From NCBI RefSeq assembly GCF_009914755.1, contig NC_060942.1: DNA of 64,000 bases; one strand, written 5' to 3'. The position numbers and the translations under genes were made by a program. Numbering within the stretch: position 1 is the stretch's first letter; the number at the start of each line of letters is the position of its first letter. Source of the DNA: the human T2T-CHM13v2.0 reference genome, Homo sapiens. Positions 12,380 to 27,200 of the stretch are shown here, one piece after another. The notes beneath the pieces are model-generated. The model searched no databases. It had not been told where the DNA came from and saw only the letters and a list, made by a program, of their open reading frames with translations.

Positions 12380-15300
12380 TACACACACACACATATATAG
12401 TATATATGTATATGTATATGTATATATGTATCTATACATATATGTATAGATACATATATGTGTGTATATATATACATATATGTGTGCATATATATATATA
12501 TATATAAAAAATACAAACATAAGAAGACTCTAAAAGGTAACAAGAAGAACACTATTGGCTAGGGATCATGTGACCTGGGAGACAGCAGGATGGTGAGTTT
12601 TCTGAGTCTTCTTTTGGCCTCATTTATCCCAGACTTGGAGATGAAGAAGCCAGCAACCTGGAAATATCAATGCGCACAGACAAGAAAAGCCTAACAAAAG
12701 CCTGCTCTCTCCAGCCAAATAACTAGGAAAGAGGCAGCCTAAAAAGATGAATCTGTTGGACAATAACTGCTCTATTCAGCCAAACAGCCCAGGAAACACT
12801 GCGGCCCACCCTCCCCATGTCAGCAAAGGCCACATGGGGAGCCTAGACTTCCACTCCAACCCAGCACTCCCTGCTGGGATGGTGTCAGAGGAGGCCTAAT
12901 AGAGTCAGGATGTTTGCTAACGCTCAGCAGTAAGGAGACTACCCCAACCCCCAACCCCGTGTGGTGTCAGTGGGGGTCACATGGGGAGTTGTAATGAGGC
13001 ACTCCAACTCCTTCCAGGAAGGTATCCATGGAGGGAGAGTGGGAAACCTGGACGTCAACCCTCACCTGGCAGTAATAACACGGTGCCCCCAGCCCTCCAC
13101 TGGAGGAGAAAAAAAAAAAAAAGCTAAAGCAGGTTTAAGTACAGTACACAGCCTCAAAACACAATACCAAAAATCTCCAGGTTTCAATCAAAAATTACTT
13201 ATCATACCAAGAACCAGGGAGATCCCAAACTGAATGAGCAGAGGCAACCAATAGATGCCAACTCCAAGATGACAGACATGTTAGAATTATCTGACAAAGA
13301 TATTAAAGTAGGCATCACAAAAAAATGCTTAAGCCAGCAACTCTGAACCTGTTGCAACCAATGAAAAGGAAGAAAGCCTAGCAAAAAAAAAAAAAAAAAT
13401 CAAATATAAAGAACCAAATGGAAACTTCAGAACCAAACAATGCAATAACCAAAACACAAAACTCAATGATGAGCTCGATAGCCAAATAGAGGAGACAGAG
13501 GAAAGAATCAGTAACTGATAGATAGAAAAAAAAAGTTACTCAATCTGAAAAATGAAAATAGACTAGGGGAAATAAAAGCCTCAGGGACCTGTGGTACTAT
13601 AACAGAAGTTCTAACATTTCTGTCACTGGAGTCTCAGAAGAAAAGGAGAAAACGGGTAGCGCTGAAAAGGTGCTCAATAGTAGAAAACCTCCAAATTTGG
13701 AAAAAGATAAACCTACAGATTCAAGAAGCTGAGAAAATCTCAGACATAACAAACTTAAAGAAATCCCATGCCAAGACATATCACAGTCAAACTTCTGAAA
13801 ATTAAAGAGGAACAAAAAGTCTTGAAAACGTTCAGAGAGAAATAAAATCTTACCTATTAGGGGAAAAACAATTAGGAGGACAGCAGGTTTCTCATCAGAA
13901 ACCATGGAGATGAAAAGGAAGCAGCACATTTTTCAAGTGTGAAAAGAAAGAAAAGAATTATCCACCCAGAATCCTATTTCCAGTGAAAAGACCCTTCTGG
14001 AATGAAGGGAAAATCAAGTTATTCTGAGATAAAGGAAAACTAAGATAATCTGTCACCAACAGACTCACTTCTCTCCCCATCCCCTGGAGAAAAACGGCTA
14101 AGGTAAGGTCTTTAAACCAAAGAGAAAGATAAAAGAGGTACCTTAGGACAAGAGGAGGGAAGAAACACAGTAAGCAAGAGCATAGGCAAACACAATAGAC
14201 TTTCTTTCTCCTCTTGAGTTTCTAAATTATATTTGACAGTTGAAGCAAAAATCATAATATTGTCTGATGTGGTTCTAAATGTATGTAGAACAAACATTTA
14301 AGACAATTACATTATAAGTGGGGGAGGGTAAAGAAATATAAGAGGCAATAAGGTTTCTACACTTACTCAAGTTGGTAAAATCATGACACCAGTAGACTGT
14401 GATAATGTACACATAATGTAATATGTAGAGTATCTACTAAAAAATTATACAAAAATAAACTAAAAAATATATACATAAATCAAAGTAGAATTCTAAAAAA
14501 TGTTTAAGTAACCTATAAAAGGCAAGAAAAAGAAAACAGAAATGAAAGACAGAGAGAATAGATAAAAAAATTAAATTGCATACTTAAGCCCTAACATATC
14601 AATAATTATAGTACATGTAAATAATCTAAAGATACCAATTTAAAAACATGACTCTGTCTACAAAAAATTCACTTTAAAAATAACAATATAGGCAGGTTAC
14701 AAGTAAAAGGATGAAGAAAAAGATATGTCATGCAAACATTAAAAGAAAATAGAAGTGGTTATATCAATATGAGATAAAATAGACTTCAGAGCAAAGAAAG
14801 TTACCAGAGACAGAGAGGGATATTGTATAATGATAAAATGGTCAATCCACCAGAATATATAGCAATTGTAAATGTATATGTACCAAACAATAGAGTTGCA
14901 AAATATGTGAAGCAAAACCCAAAAGAACTAAAAAGAGAAATACGCAAATCCACAATTACACGTTCAGAGTTCAATACTACTCTCACAACAATTAATAAAA
15001 CAACTAGACAATCAGCAAGCATACAGAATAACCCAACAACACCATCAACCAATAGAATCTAATCAACATTTACAGAACACTCAACCCAACAACAGCAGAA
15101 TATGCATTATTCTCAGGTGGCCCCAGGATGTATACCAAGACAGATCATATCCTGGGCCATAAAACAAACCTCAACGAATTGAAAAAAATTAAAATTATAC
15201 AGTGTGTTCTCAGGCTTCAGTGGAATGAATCAACTGGAAATGAATAACAGCAAGATAAGAGTAAAACTTCCAAATACTTAGAACCAAAGCAACATACTTC

Positions 15301-15828
15301 TGAACAATCCATGGGCCAAAGAGGAATCCAGATGCCCTTCAACAAGTGAATGGTTAAACAAACTGTGGCACCTACATACCATGGAATACTACTTAGCAAT
15401 AAAAAAGAACAAACTATTGATACATGCATCAACCCAGACGAATCTTCAGGGAATTATGCTGAGTGAAAAAAAATCCAATCTGAAAGCATTACATAAGTAT
15501 TATATGATTCCATTTATATAATATTCTTGAGATGACAAAATTACAGAAATGAAGAACAGGTTTCCAGGGTAAAGCAGGGAATGAGGGCAAGAGGGGAACA
15601 GTTAGCTACAAAATGGCAACAGGAGAGAATCCTTGTAGTGATGAAAATGTTCTCCATCTTGACTATATTTACATCAATATCCTGGGTGTGATATTGTACT
15701 ATAGTTTCATAAGATATTGCCATTGGGGGAAACTGGGTTAAAAGTACACAGAATCCCTCTGTATTATTTTTGTACAACTGCATGCAAATCTACAATTATT
15801 GCAAAATAATAATCTTAATGAAAAAAAA
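12245..15828 (+). mobile_element. Old L1 (L1MC/L1MD-like) with 5' UTR, ORF1, endonuclease remnant and 3' end; most of ORF2 missing
   Basis: ORF 14823-15062 (IAIVNVYVPNNRVAKYVKQ...EFNTTLT) resembles the L1 ORF2 endonuclease (ILNIYAPN...GDFNTPLS). ORF1-like motifs at 13.5-14.0 kb and a typical L1M 3' tail at 15.7-15.8 kb. Confidence 0.85.
12307..12506. repeat. Compound (TA)n(CA)n alternating purine-pyrimidine microsatellite
   Basis: Directly visible. Confidence 0.97.
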
Positions 15829-16499
15829 ATCCCTCCCAGAAGATGTGCCGATCAAGGTAACACTCTCAACACACACGCACATACAAACTCACACACACAC
15901 TGCCTACGAAGGCCTTCAGCAGTCACCATATAAATTTGCACTGATTTTTAAGTCTGATGTGATTTTCTGTCTCTCTTTGGAGAGGCCTCATCCAGTCTCC
16001 TGTAAGGTCAGAGAAAGCACCTTTGAGATCTTTCACTTGGCCTCTTCAGGATCTTCCACAGTGTGATTCTTTCCATGGAAACAATCACTGAATTTGTAAA
16101 AGAAATCCAGAACCCACAAAGGAGAGAAAAGCAGGCACGAGGCAGGAGGTGATTCAAGACACATTACTGGAAGGACACGAAGCCCCTGAAAGTAAGTGTA
16201 CAAAAGGGTAGGTGTGTGATACGTGATTCTCTGCATGTCTCAAGTTTTTCTGGAGAGAGAGTACCTAGCTTTCACTTATCTCTCAAAGGGGTTCATTTCC
16301 TGAAGAGGCGAGAGGAGGAAGCCTACACTCGATACCCAAAACCTACAGTTTCTGCAGCCCCAGGAACAACTGACAAGCTCTATCAAGCTGCAGGCCACCT
16401 TCTAGAAACTCCTCATAAGCCTCCTGGTGTTTCTGTCCCCAGCTGAAAAAACACTGCTCTGAAGACTGCTGGACCCTCATGATATTTTGTTTCCATCCT

Positions 16500-16690
16500 G
16501 TGGAACTGGAAATGTCAGGGCTGGGAACGAGCTTAAAGATCATCTCATTTAAAATGCCTATGCCCACCCAACTTACAGAAAGGGAAATTGAGGCCCAGGG
16601 ACACAGGATGACTTCCCATGATCATTCAGACAATTAGCAGCAAAATTTAAACGAGAGCTCAAGTCTCCTCCTCCTGGCTGCCGGTTTTGG
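16500..16690 (-). mobile_element. MIR
   Basis: TTACAGAAAGGGAAATTGAGGCCCAG core. Confidence 0.65.
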
Positions 16691-17499
16691 GACATTTGTC
16701 CCTTAGCCTGGCATAAGAGCCTGCCAATGGGCAGGATAACCAGGAAGAGAGTGGGAGCTGGGCAGGAGGACTTCCATGCCACATGATTGCCAGGGGCAGA
16801 GCTCAGTGAGAGCATGGCCAGGCACCAGATTAAAACCAGCACAGATATGCAGACGTTAATGAGCAAAAGCTTCCCCTGAAACTCCCTAGAAGTACTTCTG
16901 ATGTGGCAGGTTTCATTATTCCTAAAAGACACAAATAGGTGGTAGCGAAGATTAGGAACACTGCAGAGATTTCATTACCCTGGAAGATAGGCCATTAATC
17001 ACCACTGTTTCCCAGAAAGGTTTCCATCCTGCCTCCAGCACCCATGGCTCCAATCGCCAGCTGATCACTCACTCCACACATGTTAACTGAGGACCTACTG
17101 AGTGCCAGGGGCTTGGAGGCCAGGAGACATGGTCCATCCTGAACTCTGAAGATGCCAATAACATCCACCAGCGCCTCTGCCCAGGTGCAACCATAACCCT
17201 GTGTCTGACACGTCAACAGGCCCTTCACTGACCTCCCCTCACCCCAGGGCTGCTCTCCTCCCTCACTGCCATGGCCAGCTATGGCTTCTCCAAAGCCCCA
17301 GTGCTCACCTGGCTGCAGTCTGAAAAGAATTTTGGAGCAGGAAGAGCCCTCACTGGACAATAGGAAGAGCCTCTGCCTGGCCTCCCTGCCTCTATGCTTG
17401 AAGCCCTCTAATTCATTCTATACTCCACTGCCACAGGAACATCCCAAATCACACATCAGACTACTTATTTTTCTGACTAAAATCTAAAGTCAGTGCTCA

Positions 17500-17775
17500 G
17501 CAAGTGTGCATGTGCCTCCTGACATTTCCCAGTCTCCTCTGCAGTTAGGCAGGGCCATGTGACCAGTTCTGGCCAATAGGCTATGAGTGGAACCGTGTCA
17601 CTTCCGCGCTGAGGGAGTTAAAAGCTGATGTGACTTCTCCATCTTTCTCCTCCCTGCCATTGTGACTCTAGAGGAATCATCAGACTTCACAGAAGTAAAA
17701 TTAAACCTTGACGTGGGTTAAGCTATTAAAACATTAGGAGTTGCTTACTGGACAGTTAGCAATGATTGACTAACA
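17500..17775. mobile_element. Old MLT1 LTR fragment
   Basis: CATTTCCCAGTCTCCTCTGCAGTTAGGCAGGGCCATGTGACCAGTTCTGGCCAAT. Confidence 0.6.
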
Positions 17776-18269
17776 AAACTTCAGAGTGGCACCCCACTGC
17801 CCTCAGGATATGACAAGTGCCAAACTCCTCAACATGGCCATGGTCAGGGCCGTTAATGGTCTGCCCAGCCTCCCTCTCTGGACTGTCTCCTGGCCCTTTC
17901 TCTTCCTTAAACACACCCTGTCAATAATCATGATTCTACCCTATATGCAGGTCCTGGAGGCACCATGCCCCCTCCCACCTGAGAGGTCCCGTCTACATAG
18001 AATCCCCTTACCTCTCCCTACTCCCATCTCCTGTATGTGTCTGGCAAACTGGCAATCGTTCCTCAATACCCAGCTTACATGTCTCCATGTCCAACCCTCC
18101 CTGGACATGCTGGGGCCTTTCCTCCTGACCAGAGGCACTAAGAGCTCCAAGAGATTCCTTCACACTGCATTGTGGCTTTTTTGTTTTACTTTTCTGTGTT
18201 ACCCACTAAATTGTGAACTCTGCACAAGCAAGAACAGTGTTTTCCTCCTCTTTATCTCCCCAGATCCCA

Positions 18270-19377
<1,108 letters not shown>

Positions 19378-20799
19378 AGCTCACCTCAGTGTCCAGTTCC
19401 TAGAAGCCATCAGAGGATGTTTACGAACACACAAATAGAGCCCACTTTAAAATCTTTCTGGAGAAGGCCACCTCTTCTGGAAGGAGAGAGGCATCAAGTT
19501 GCAGGAACTCTTCATGAAAGGAAGAGGCTTGAGGTGAGGAACAAAATGACCCATCATCCCACTGGGCTCTAGAAAAAGCTCTATTCTGATCTGGCCGGCT
19601 GTCTGCCGTAGGCTCTATGCCCCTGGGTGAGGCAGTCCATTCTTCCTCATCTCTGGGGTCCCTCCCAGCACCAAGTGATGCAGCTTTGAGCACTGGCAAG
19701 GATGCCTCTGCCATTCTCCCTGCTTTTCTTTTGGTCCCTCTCTTCCCCAGAAGCCTCCACTCAGAGTTCTTGGCTCATTTCCACTGAGCCTCTTATCTGT
19801 TTAACCAAAATCTGATAAGGTGTTCACCAGCCTGGTATTACTCTTCCTTGGGTATTTTACCTTAATACAGTGCCACTAAGACCCAACGGATGGGTGCTAA
19901 TGGGGGGATTTTAGCCAACAAACAGGCAGTGGGACAGACATCTGGTCAGTGGTGATGGTTCTTTGGAAACATGCCTTCCCTGTACCCACCTCTCCCACCA
20001 CCCATCACATAGCAGACACAAGAGCTGTGAGGCCAGCTAGACCCCGGCAGGCAGCAGGCAGGGTGCTGGCCTGGAAGAGAGTTCATACTGGCGGAATATC
20101 CTGAGGGTGGGACCCAAGCTCTTCATTCCTCATTCCATGGTTTCTTTTATCTGGTATTTCTGGGCAAGACAATGAGCAGGCAGACTGGAAAGTTACAGGA
20201 CAGCTTTGCCAATCCCTGCCAAAAATGCAGCAACACAAGCTGGAAGGAAGCTAGAAGGAGACTCGAGCCTCTTTTAATTTCCTCTTCTGTTTTGCTTGTG
20301 TGCACTCCCCCTACCCACCCTACTTATAGTCTTTTGTGCCCTTGGGCTCTAACTGCAAAGCAGAGCTACTTCCCAACCCAGATGTGGGGGAAACCCACCC
20401 GCAGTCTCTCCCCGCCTGGTGTGCTGGCCACATTCGGCAAGGCTCTGGCTCTCCCTTGGGCAGTAAGGACTCCTGGAAGCATGAGATCGACCAGGAAACC
20501 CAATTCCCAGGCCAAGCTGGACACACAGTGGGAAGGAAAGCTGGGTGGGTCTCTCCCTCTCTCCCTCTAGACTGAAGTCAGGACTAAACTGGAAGCAACA
20601 CTGGGAAGCTGGTGGGTGGAAGAAAACCTTCCAGTTCCCTGCCTCCTCAAGCGAAGAGAGCCTTCGGAAGGTTGCCATGACCACTTAGCATACCTGCATC
20701 CTTTCTGGGCAGCTTCTGGATGTAGTTCTTCATGTTCTGTGTGTGTACACATACACACACACACAGCAATTGCAGGTAGGAGTGGCAGAGAAAAAGCGA

Positions 20800-21290
20800 G
20801 ATTGGGTTGAAATGCTGTCCTGTCTGGGCAAGTTATTTAACCACACTGACCCTCAACTTCCTCCTCTGCAAACTGGAGATAATTTGCAGAATTGTGGTGA
20901 GGATTAAATGAGACAAAGCTCCTGCTATGAGATTTGCATGGAGAGGGCTCTCCATAAATGTGAACTCCTTCTCGGATCCTGGCAACCAGTTGTCACTTGA
21001 AAATGACACACTAGGAACTTGAAGACTTGGCTTCTGGTCCCAATTCTGCCATCAACTACTAGCTTGGAGACCTTAGGCAAGTCATTTACCCTCTGTGTTT
21101 TTCTGTCTCCTAATCTTTAAGAGCAGTGTTTCTCAAATGGTAGTGTGCATCAGAATTGCCTGGAAGGCTTGTAAAATGCAGATGGCCAAAGTTTCTGCTT
21201 CTGCAGTTCTGGGGTGGGACTGGGGAATTTGCTTTCCTCACCAGCTCCCAGGTGATGTGGATGCTGCTAGTCCCGGGACCACACTTTGAA
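20800..21290. mobile_element. Two MIR fragments plus a MER5-family MITE (21123-21290)
   Basis: GGGCAAGTTATTTAACC; CCTTAGGCAAGTCATTTACCCTCTGTG; CAGTGTTTCTCAAA...GGACCACACTTTGAA. Confidence 0.65.
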
Positions 21291-23045
21291 TCTAAGAACT
21301 GTTTCCAGTTCTAATGGTTAAATAAGTATTTTAAACTAATCCATATTAAGTTGTTGTGACTGACACTTGTTTAATATGTTCTTCTTATGTCCATTCGCAT
21401 TTTAAATATCTTAACCTAACACAATCATCTACTTCTAAGTTGGGTACAAAAGAGCCCTAGAGTCTGCGACAGAAAAGATGATTCGGAAGGAAGGGTTTTC
21501 CGGGCCTCTCCAGCCACGCTGTGTAGATGCCCTCTAAGAAGCAGATCGTTTGAAAAACCAGCTTCCCACGTGACTCAGCTGCAGTTGGTTAATTACTGTT
21601 TTGGGGCACGATGTCTGAGGCCAAGGGAAGGTCTCCGGTTGCCTAAAATCAGCCCATGGCCAGGCCCTATTGCTGGAAGCAGGACTGTCACTCAGCCGGT
21701 GACATTCTCAGTCCCCTCCCACCCCTCCTCTCTCAGGGCTCTGGAGAGCAGCCTCCTGCCTGGGGTGGACGGCAGACCCCAGGGCCTGCAGCCTGGAGGC
21801 TGTCACTCTGCAGTGGCTCTGCAGTCTGGGTGTACAACCCCTTGCGGCTTTGCTTCCTGCTTTCCTGTGGCTGTAAGGCCTGTCCAGCCAGGTGGCCAAA
21901 CTCTGTAAATGCTGTTGTCATTCTGCTGATGCTCTGGGCCTTGCTTCAGGGAAGAGAGCTACCCCAGGCATCAATTAGAGAGTAATGACACCCTCCTCCT
22001 CAGCCTCTCGCCTGTCTCCTGCCCAACAGGGCCTTCTGCCTCTGGTGCACAGAAACGCAAAGAGGGCAGACATTGTTAGGTAGTAACACCTCCATCCCCA
22101 CCACAGTCTCCATATTTCTAATGGCAAAAAACTCAAGTACGTGGACAAGGTCTTCAGGGAGAAGGTCTGAGAAAGAGGGTTCCCAGAAAGAATCCAGGGC
22201 TTGAAAGCAGGGCTGAGATCAAGCCCTCAGGGACTCAGCCTGGGCCCCCACACCAGGCCTCCTGCAGGTTCCAGAGGATGGGGGAGGCAATGCTCTGGCA
22301 ACCCCACTCCACCCCCCAACAGAGCATCATTCCACAGACCACTTTGTTCTGTTTGTTCATGCTGCAAGTATTTCTTAAGAGTCTACTCCAGTCTGGGTAT
22401 TGGGTCAGGTGCTGGAGATCTAAAGATGAACAAGAGGTAGCCCCCAGAATCTCCTGATCTAACACAGGGAGAGAGCTGTATGAATTATCATAAAAAATGC
22501 AGTGAGGGAAATAAATGCAAAGTCTATGTGAACTCAGGAGAGAGTTAACTCTGCTTGGGGAAGGGGGTGGGAGAAGCAAGAGAGCATTACTGAGGAGGTG
22601 ACATTTGAACTGGTCCTAAAGGACAAATAAGAGAAAACATGTCTGGACAGAGGTAATATTCAAAATCTTCAACAACTGCTAAGGCCCACACTGGGCCCAA
22701 CCAGAACAGAAGCTGATTAAATATGACTAAACATTTGCAACTACTTTTACTTCCTCCCCAAACCCTTTTAGAACAACAGTATTTAAAAATTAAGCATAAA
22801 TACACAAGAATGGGAAGAACTGGAGAAGAAACAAAGTAATAACCGCTTTTGGAAGCTGGAGATCAGATAGACAAGTGGTAAATGGCTCAGAAATCCCAAA
22901 AAGCTGAATTCTAAGTCAGCAGCGGAAGAAGCTGAGAACCACCCCCATTTAAACTGCAAAACCCTCTTAACAGCTCAGAAATTGGTGGTACCAATCCTTC
23001 TTGAAAGCAAGAGTAAAAAGGAGAGAGGTAAAATAAGAAAGGTCG

Positions 23046-23302
23046 GGCCAGGCACGGTGGCTCACGCCTGTAATCCCAAAACTTTGGGAGGCCGAGGTGG
23101 GCAGATCACCTGAGGTCAGGAGTTCAAGACCAGCCTGTCTCTACTAAAAATACAAAATTAGCCAGGCGTGGCAGCATGCACTTGTAATCCCAGCTACTCA
23201 GGAGGCTGAAGCAAGAGAATCACTTGAACCCGGGAGGCGGAGGTTGCAGTGAGCCGAGATCGCATCCTGGGCAACAAGAGTGAAACTCCGTTTCAAAAAA
23301 AA
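23046..23302 (+). mobile_element. AluS (Sp/Sq-like) with two internal deletions
   Basis: GGCCAGGCACGGTGGCTCACGCC start; lacks GCCAACATGGTGAAACCCCG and CCACTGCACTCCAG segments. Confidence 0.93.
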
Positions 23303-24087
23303 AGGAAGGTTGGTTAGCAGTCTGCTTAGGAAAGTTAGAGTTTCTTCTCTGATTAGTGACTGTCCCTTGCCCAGACCAGCAGAAGATGGAGTTTTATTCT
23401 TTGGAAAGACCAAATAGAGGCTTTCTGGACTGGGAAACACCAAGTAGAACTGAGGAGAGATCTGCCACACTGAAAACAGGGGGATTAAAGAACATTCACT
23501 TACATTCCCATTACTGAGGCTCCAGTCTTCATCCACTAGGCACTCAGAGCACCAACTCTCAGCACATTACCCTCCAGGCAGAAGGTGGATGAGCCTTCTC
23601 TGAAGACCCCAACCCAGCTAAGAAGAAAGACTTTACAATACTGACATTGAAGATTCCACAAGAAAAAGGCCCAACCAGATGGTTCTCCAATAAAACCCAT
23701 TGCCATCACATCCTACCTGCACTCGGAGATTTTTAAATATATGCAGATAAACAAGAATAACTGGATGACTAAAGAAAGCTTCAAAATCAAACAACAGAGA
23801 CCAAAACAAACAACTTGGAAAGAACAGAGACTGCAGGAAGAAAAAAAACTTAAAAAAAATTACCATTAATTTCCTCAGACAGACAATATGCAATCATAAA
23901 ACAAGAACAGAATGCTATAAAATGAACATTCAGAGAATAGAAACAAAAATTCTTGTAAATTAAAAATATAATAAATGAAGTACTCAGTAGGGAGTTGGAA
24001 TATAAAATTGAGGAACTCTTCCAGAAAGTAAAGCAAAAGACAGAGATGGAAAAGAGGAGAGAAAAGTCAATAAAACTAGAGGCTAAT

Positions 24088-24232
24088 ATAAGTGTTCTGA
24101 GCATGTTTAGGGTAGGCTAGGCTAAGCTATAATGTTCAGTAGCTTTTCAAAAATGCATTTTCAACTTATGATATTTTTAACTTATGAGGGGTTTATTAGG
24201 ACATAATCCTATGGTAAGTTAAGGAGCATCTG
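24088..24232 (-). mobile_element. MER47 (Tigger family) terminal fragment
   Basis: Ends GTAAGTTAAGGAGCATCTG followed by TA, the reverse complement of the recalled MER47 terminus CAGATGCTCC. Confidence 0.75.
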
Positions 24233-27200
24233 TATAGCATTCAATCATTACAGTATCATTTATTAATAAGACTATCTTTTCTCCATTAAGTTGTCTTTCC
24301 TCCTTTGTCAAAGATCAGTTGACTACATTTGTGTGGCCTCTTTCTGGGTTCTCTATTCTGTTCTATTGACCTATTTGTCTATTCTTTTGCTAATACCACC
24401 CCCTCTTGATTACCATAGCCTAAATTAGCCTGGAAACTGGGTAGTATGCATTCTTCAACTTTGTTCTTTTTCAGTATTGTATCAGTTATTCCAGATATTT
24501 GCTTTTCAATATAAACTTTAGAATTACTTTGTCAATATCTACAGGGATTTTGACTGAGATTGTGTTGAATCTGTAGATAAAATCAGGAAGAACCAATATC
24601 TTACTATGGAGTCTTCCTATCCATGAACATGTTCGGTTTTGTTTTTTACCCCAGTGTTCTGAAACGTCATGATGCTGTGCTTTGCCTCATAGTGGATCTA
24701 TTTTTATCAGTTGTGCTTTTATCTTTATCTAAGGTATTGAAAAAGCACAGGTTTTTGACAGAAAAAAATTGGTAAGGTGGACTTTATTAAAATAAAAACC
24801 TTCAGATCTATGAAAGACACTGGTAAGAGAATAAAAAGACAAGGCCCAGATTAAAAGAGAATATGATGTGCAATACACACATCTGAAAAAAGACATGTAT
24901 CCAAAATATTCAAACAACTCTTAAAACTCAACAATAAGAAAACAAATGCCCCAATTAAGAAATGGATAAAGATCCAAACAGACTCCTCATCAAAGAAAAC
25001 ATACAGATAGCAAATAAGTACATGAAAAGATGCTCAACATAATTTTGGTAAGGAAATTGTGCATTTAAACAACAATAAAACACTGCCACACACCTGTAAG
25101 CTATTTAGGGTCATGAAACTATTCTATATGATACTGTAACAGTGAATATAAGACAGAGAATAAGCATTTGTCAAAACCCACAGAACTTTATAGCACAAAG
25201 AGTAAACCTTAATGTACGAAAATTGTTTTTAAATCATTTAGGAGGTGGAGGAAGCCCAGGATGGAATGTATAATTTGACAAAAAAAATCTAAATGTATTA
25301 GAAATATATGAAACAAGCTCACTGAAGAGGTCAGGGAATAAGGTGCTGACCTTAGTAGTTTTGGAAATAAGCAGAATGTATAAGACTAAAGGCAAAAGGA
25401 ACCATACTCTAGTTTGATAGAGTTTTTTCCCATGAGGATATAGGTTAACAATTCTGAAACGGCTACATGCGTATATGGGAATTGAATATTAAATAAATGG
25501 ATGGCAGATGGTGGGAGCCAGGTTTCTCACTGTTGGAATGGGAAGTTACAAATAAGCAAAGGGAAGAGACTAAAACAATCCATGAGATGATGGATTAGTC
25601 GGAGACATCGGTATGAACTCATGTTTACCTTGACATAAATACAAGTGGTTACATATAAAATATTTACAGACATACATATGTACAGTGGTTAGTACACACA
25701 CATATATATCCATGCTCTGTCATCTGAGGGGGCCTAGAAGCAATGACAACCCAGTAGCAATGAGCACACCTAATTATTAGAAGCCTTGGTTACAAACAGT
25801 CACAGCCAAGAAGAGTCTAAGGAGATATGACGACTAAATGTAATGTGGTATCCCGATGGGATCCTGAAACAAGAAAAACATTAAGGGAAAACTAAGAAAA
25901 TCTGAATAAAGAATGAAATTTAGTTAATGATAACATACCAATATTTGTTGTGACCGATGTACCATACTAATATAAGATATTAAGAATAGGGCAACTGGGT
26001 ATGACGTATACGAAAGCTCTCTGAACTATCATCACAATACTTCTGTAAGCCTATAACTATTCTAAAATAGTTTATTTAAAAGAAAAAAACTCCTACCACC
26101 TTTTGGAGAGAAAAAGCAGGACATGTACAGAGAATCAGGTATCAGAATAGTTCCAGATTTCTCAGTGAAATCTAAAATTATGAAGGAAAATTATGTCCAA
26201 GCTAAAATTCTATATCCAACCAAACTATCAATCAAGGGTGATGGTAGAATAAAGATACTTGAAGACATTCAAAGTTCCAAATAATGTATGTTCCATGTAC
26301 TTCTTCTTAGGAAGCTCCTGGAGGATATGCTCCACAAATACAGAGGGATAACCAAGAAAGAAGAGGCCATAAGATGTATGAAACAGAAGATCCAACACAG
26401 GAGAGAATCAAAGAATCCCAGGTATGATGGTAAAAGGTGGCCCCAAGATGATAGTTATGCACCAGGCACAGGTATCAATCAGTCCAGATTGGAGCACATC
26501 AGAGACACAGAGAAATTTCTGTAAAATAATCTGAACATTTTAAGAAGAGATTTAGATAACTGGTAGAGATCCAGAGATTGAAGTAGTAATAAGTACATGG
26601 AATCATAAGCAAATAAAATAATGTAATAATCAACTCTAGGGAAAACAAAGAGTAATTCAAGAAAGGAACAGAATCACAGAGATACTGGATGGCTTACCTG
26701 GGAAGAGTGTGTACACAGTCACAACAACATAACTACTCAATATTTATTTCACCAAAATTATGACATAAATATGTTGGGAGGATGAGGGAGGTAATGGGCC
26801 AGTTAGCTTTTGCTAGGTTATATTGCAGTAACAAAAGAAATCACAATAACTTACAAGAACAAAAGTATTTCTCACTCATGTGACATTGAAGGACAGCTAG
26901 GAGTCAGCTGTGGCTGCTCCACATGTCTTCTTCACTCTAGGATCTAGGCTGAAGGACTGGCCACTCTTTGGGACATGTCCATTTTCTTGGCAGAGGGAAA
27001 AGAGTAACTTAACCTGATCACACAATGGCTTTTAAGCTTCTGATCAGAAGCGGCATATAGCAGTCCCACTCACATGCCACTGACCAAGTGATCACACGAC
27101 CAGGCTCAATGTCAATTGCATTATTCCCTCCATAGGAATGAAAGTCATATAACTACGGAAAAGGCTTGTTATCCATTGATGGGGGAAAACAAATAAATTG

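Noticed and set aside
12158-12552. YIYI and VCVC ORFs (also 40361-40720)
   Set aside because: Translations of dinucleotide microsatellites.
14823-15062. Endonuclease-like ORF
   Set aside because: Decayed L1 ORF2 fragment, not an intact gene.
24240-24630. L1 twin-priming 5' inversion
   Set aside because: Geometry fits, but the inverted block also includes MER47 and host ORF1-like sequence, favouring a later genomic inversion.
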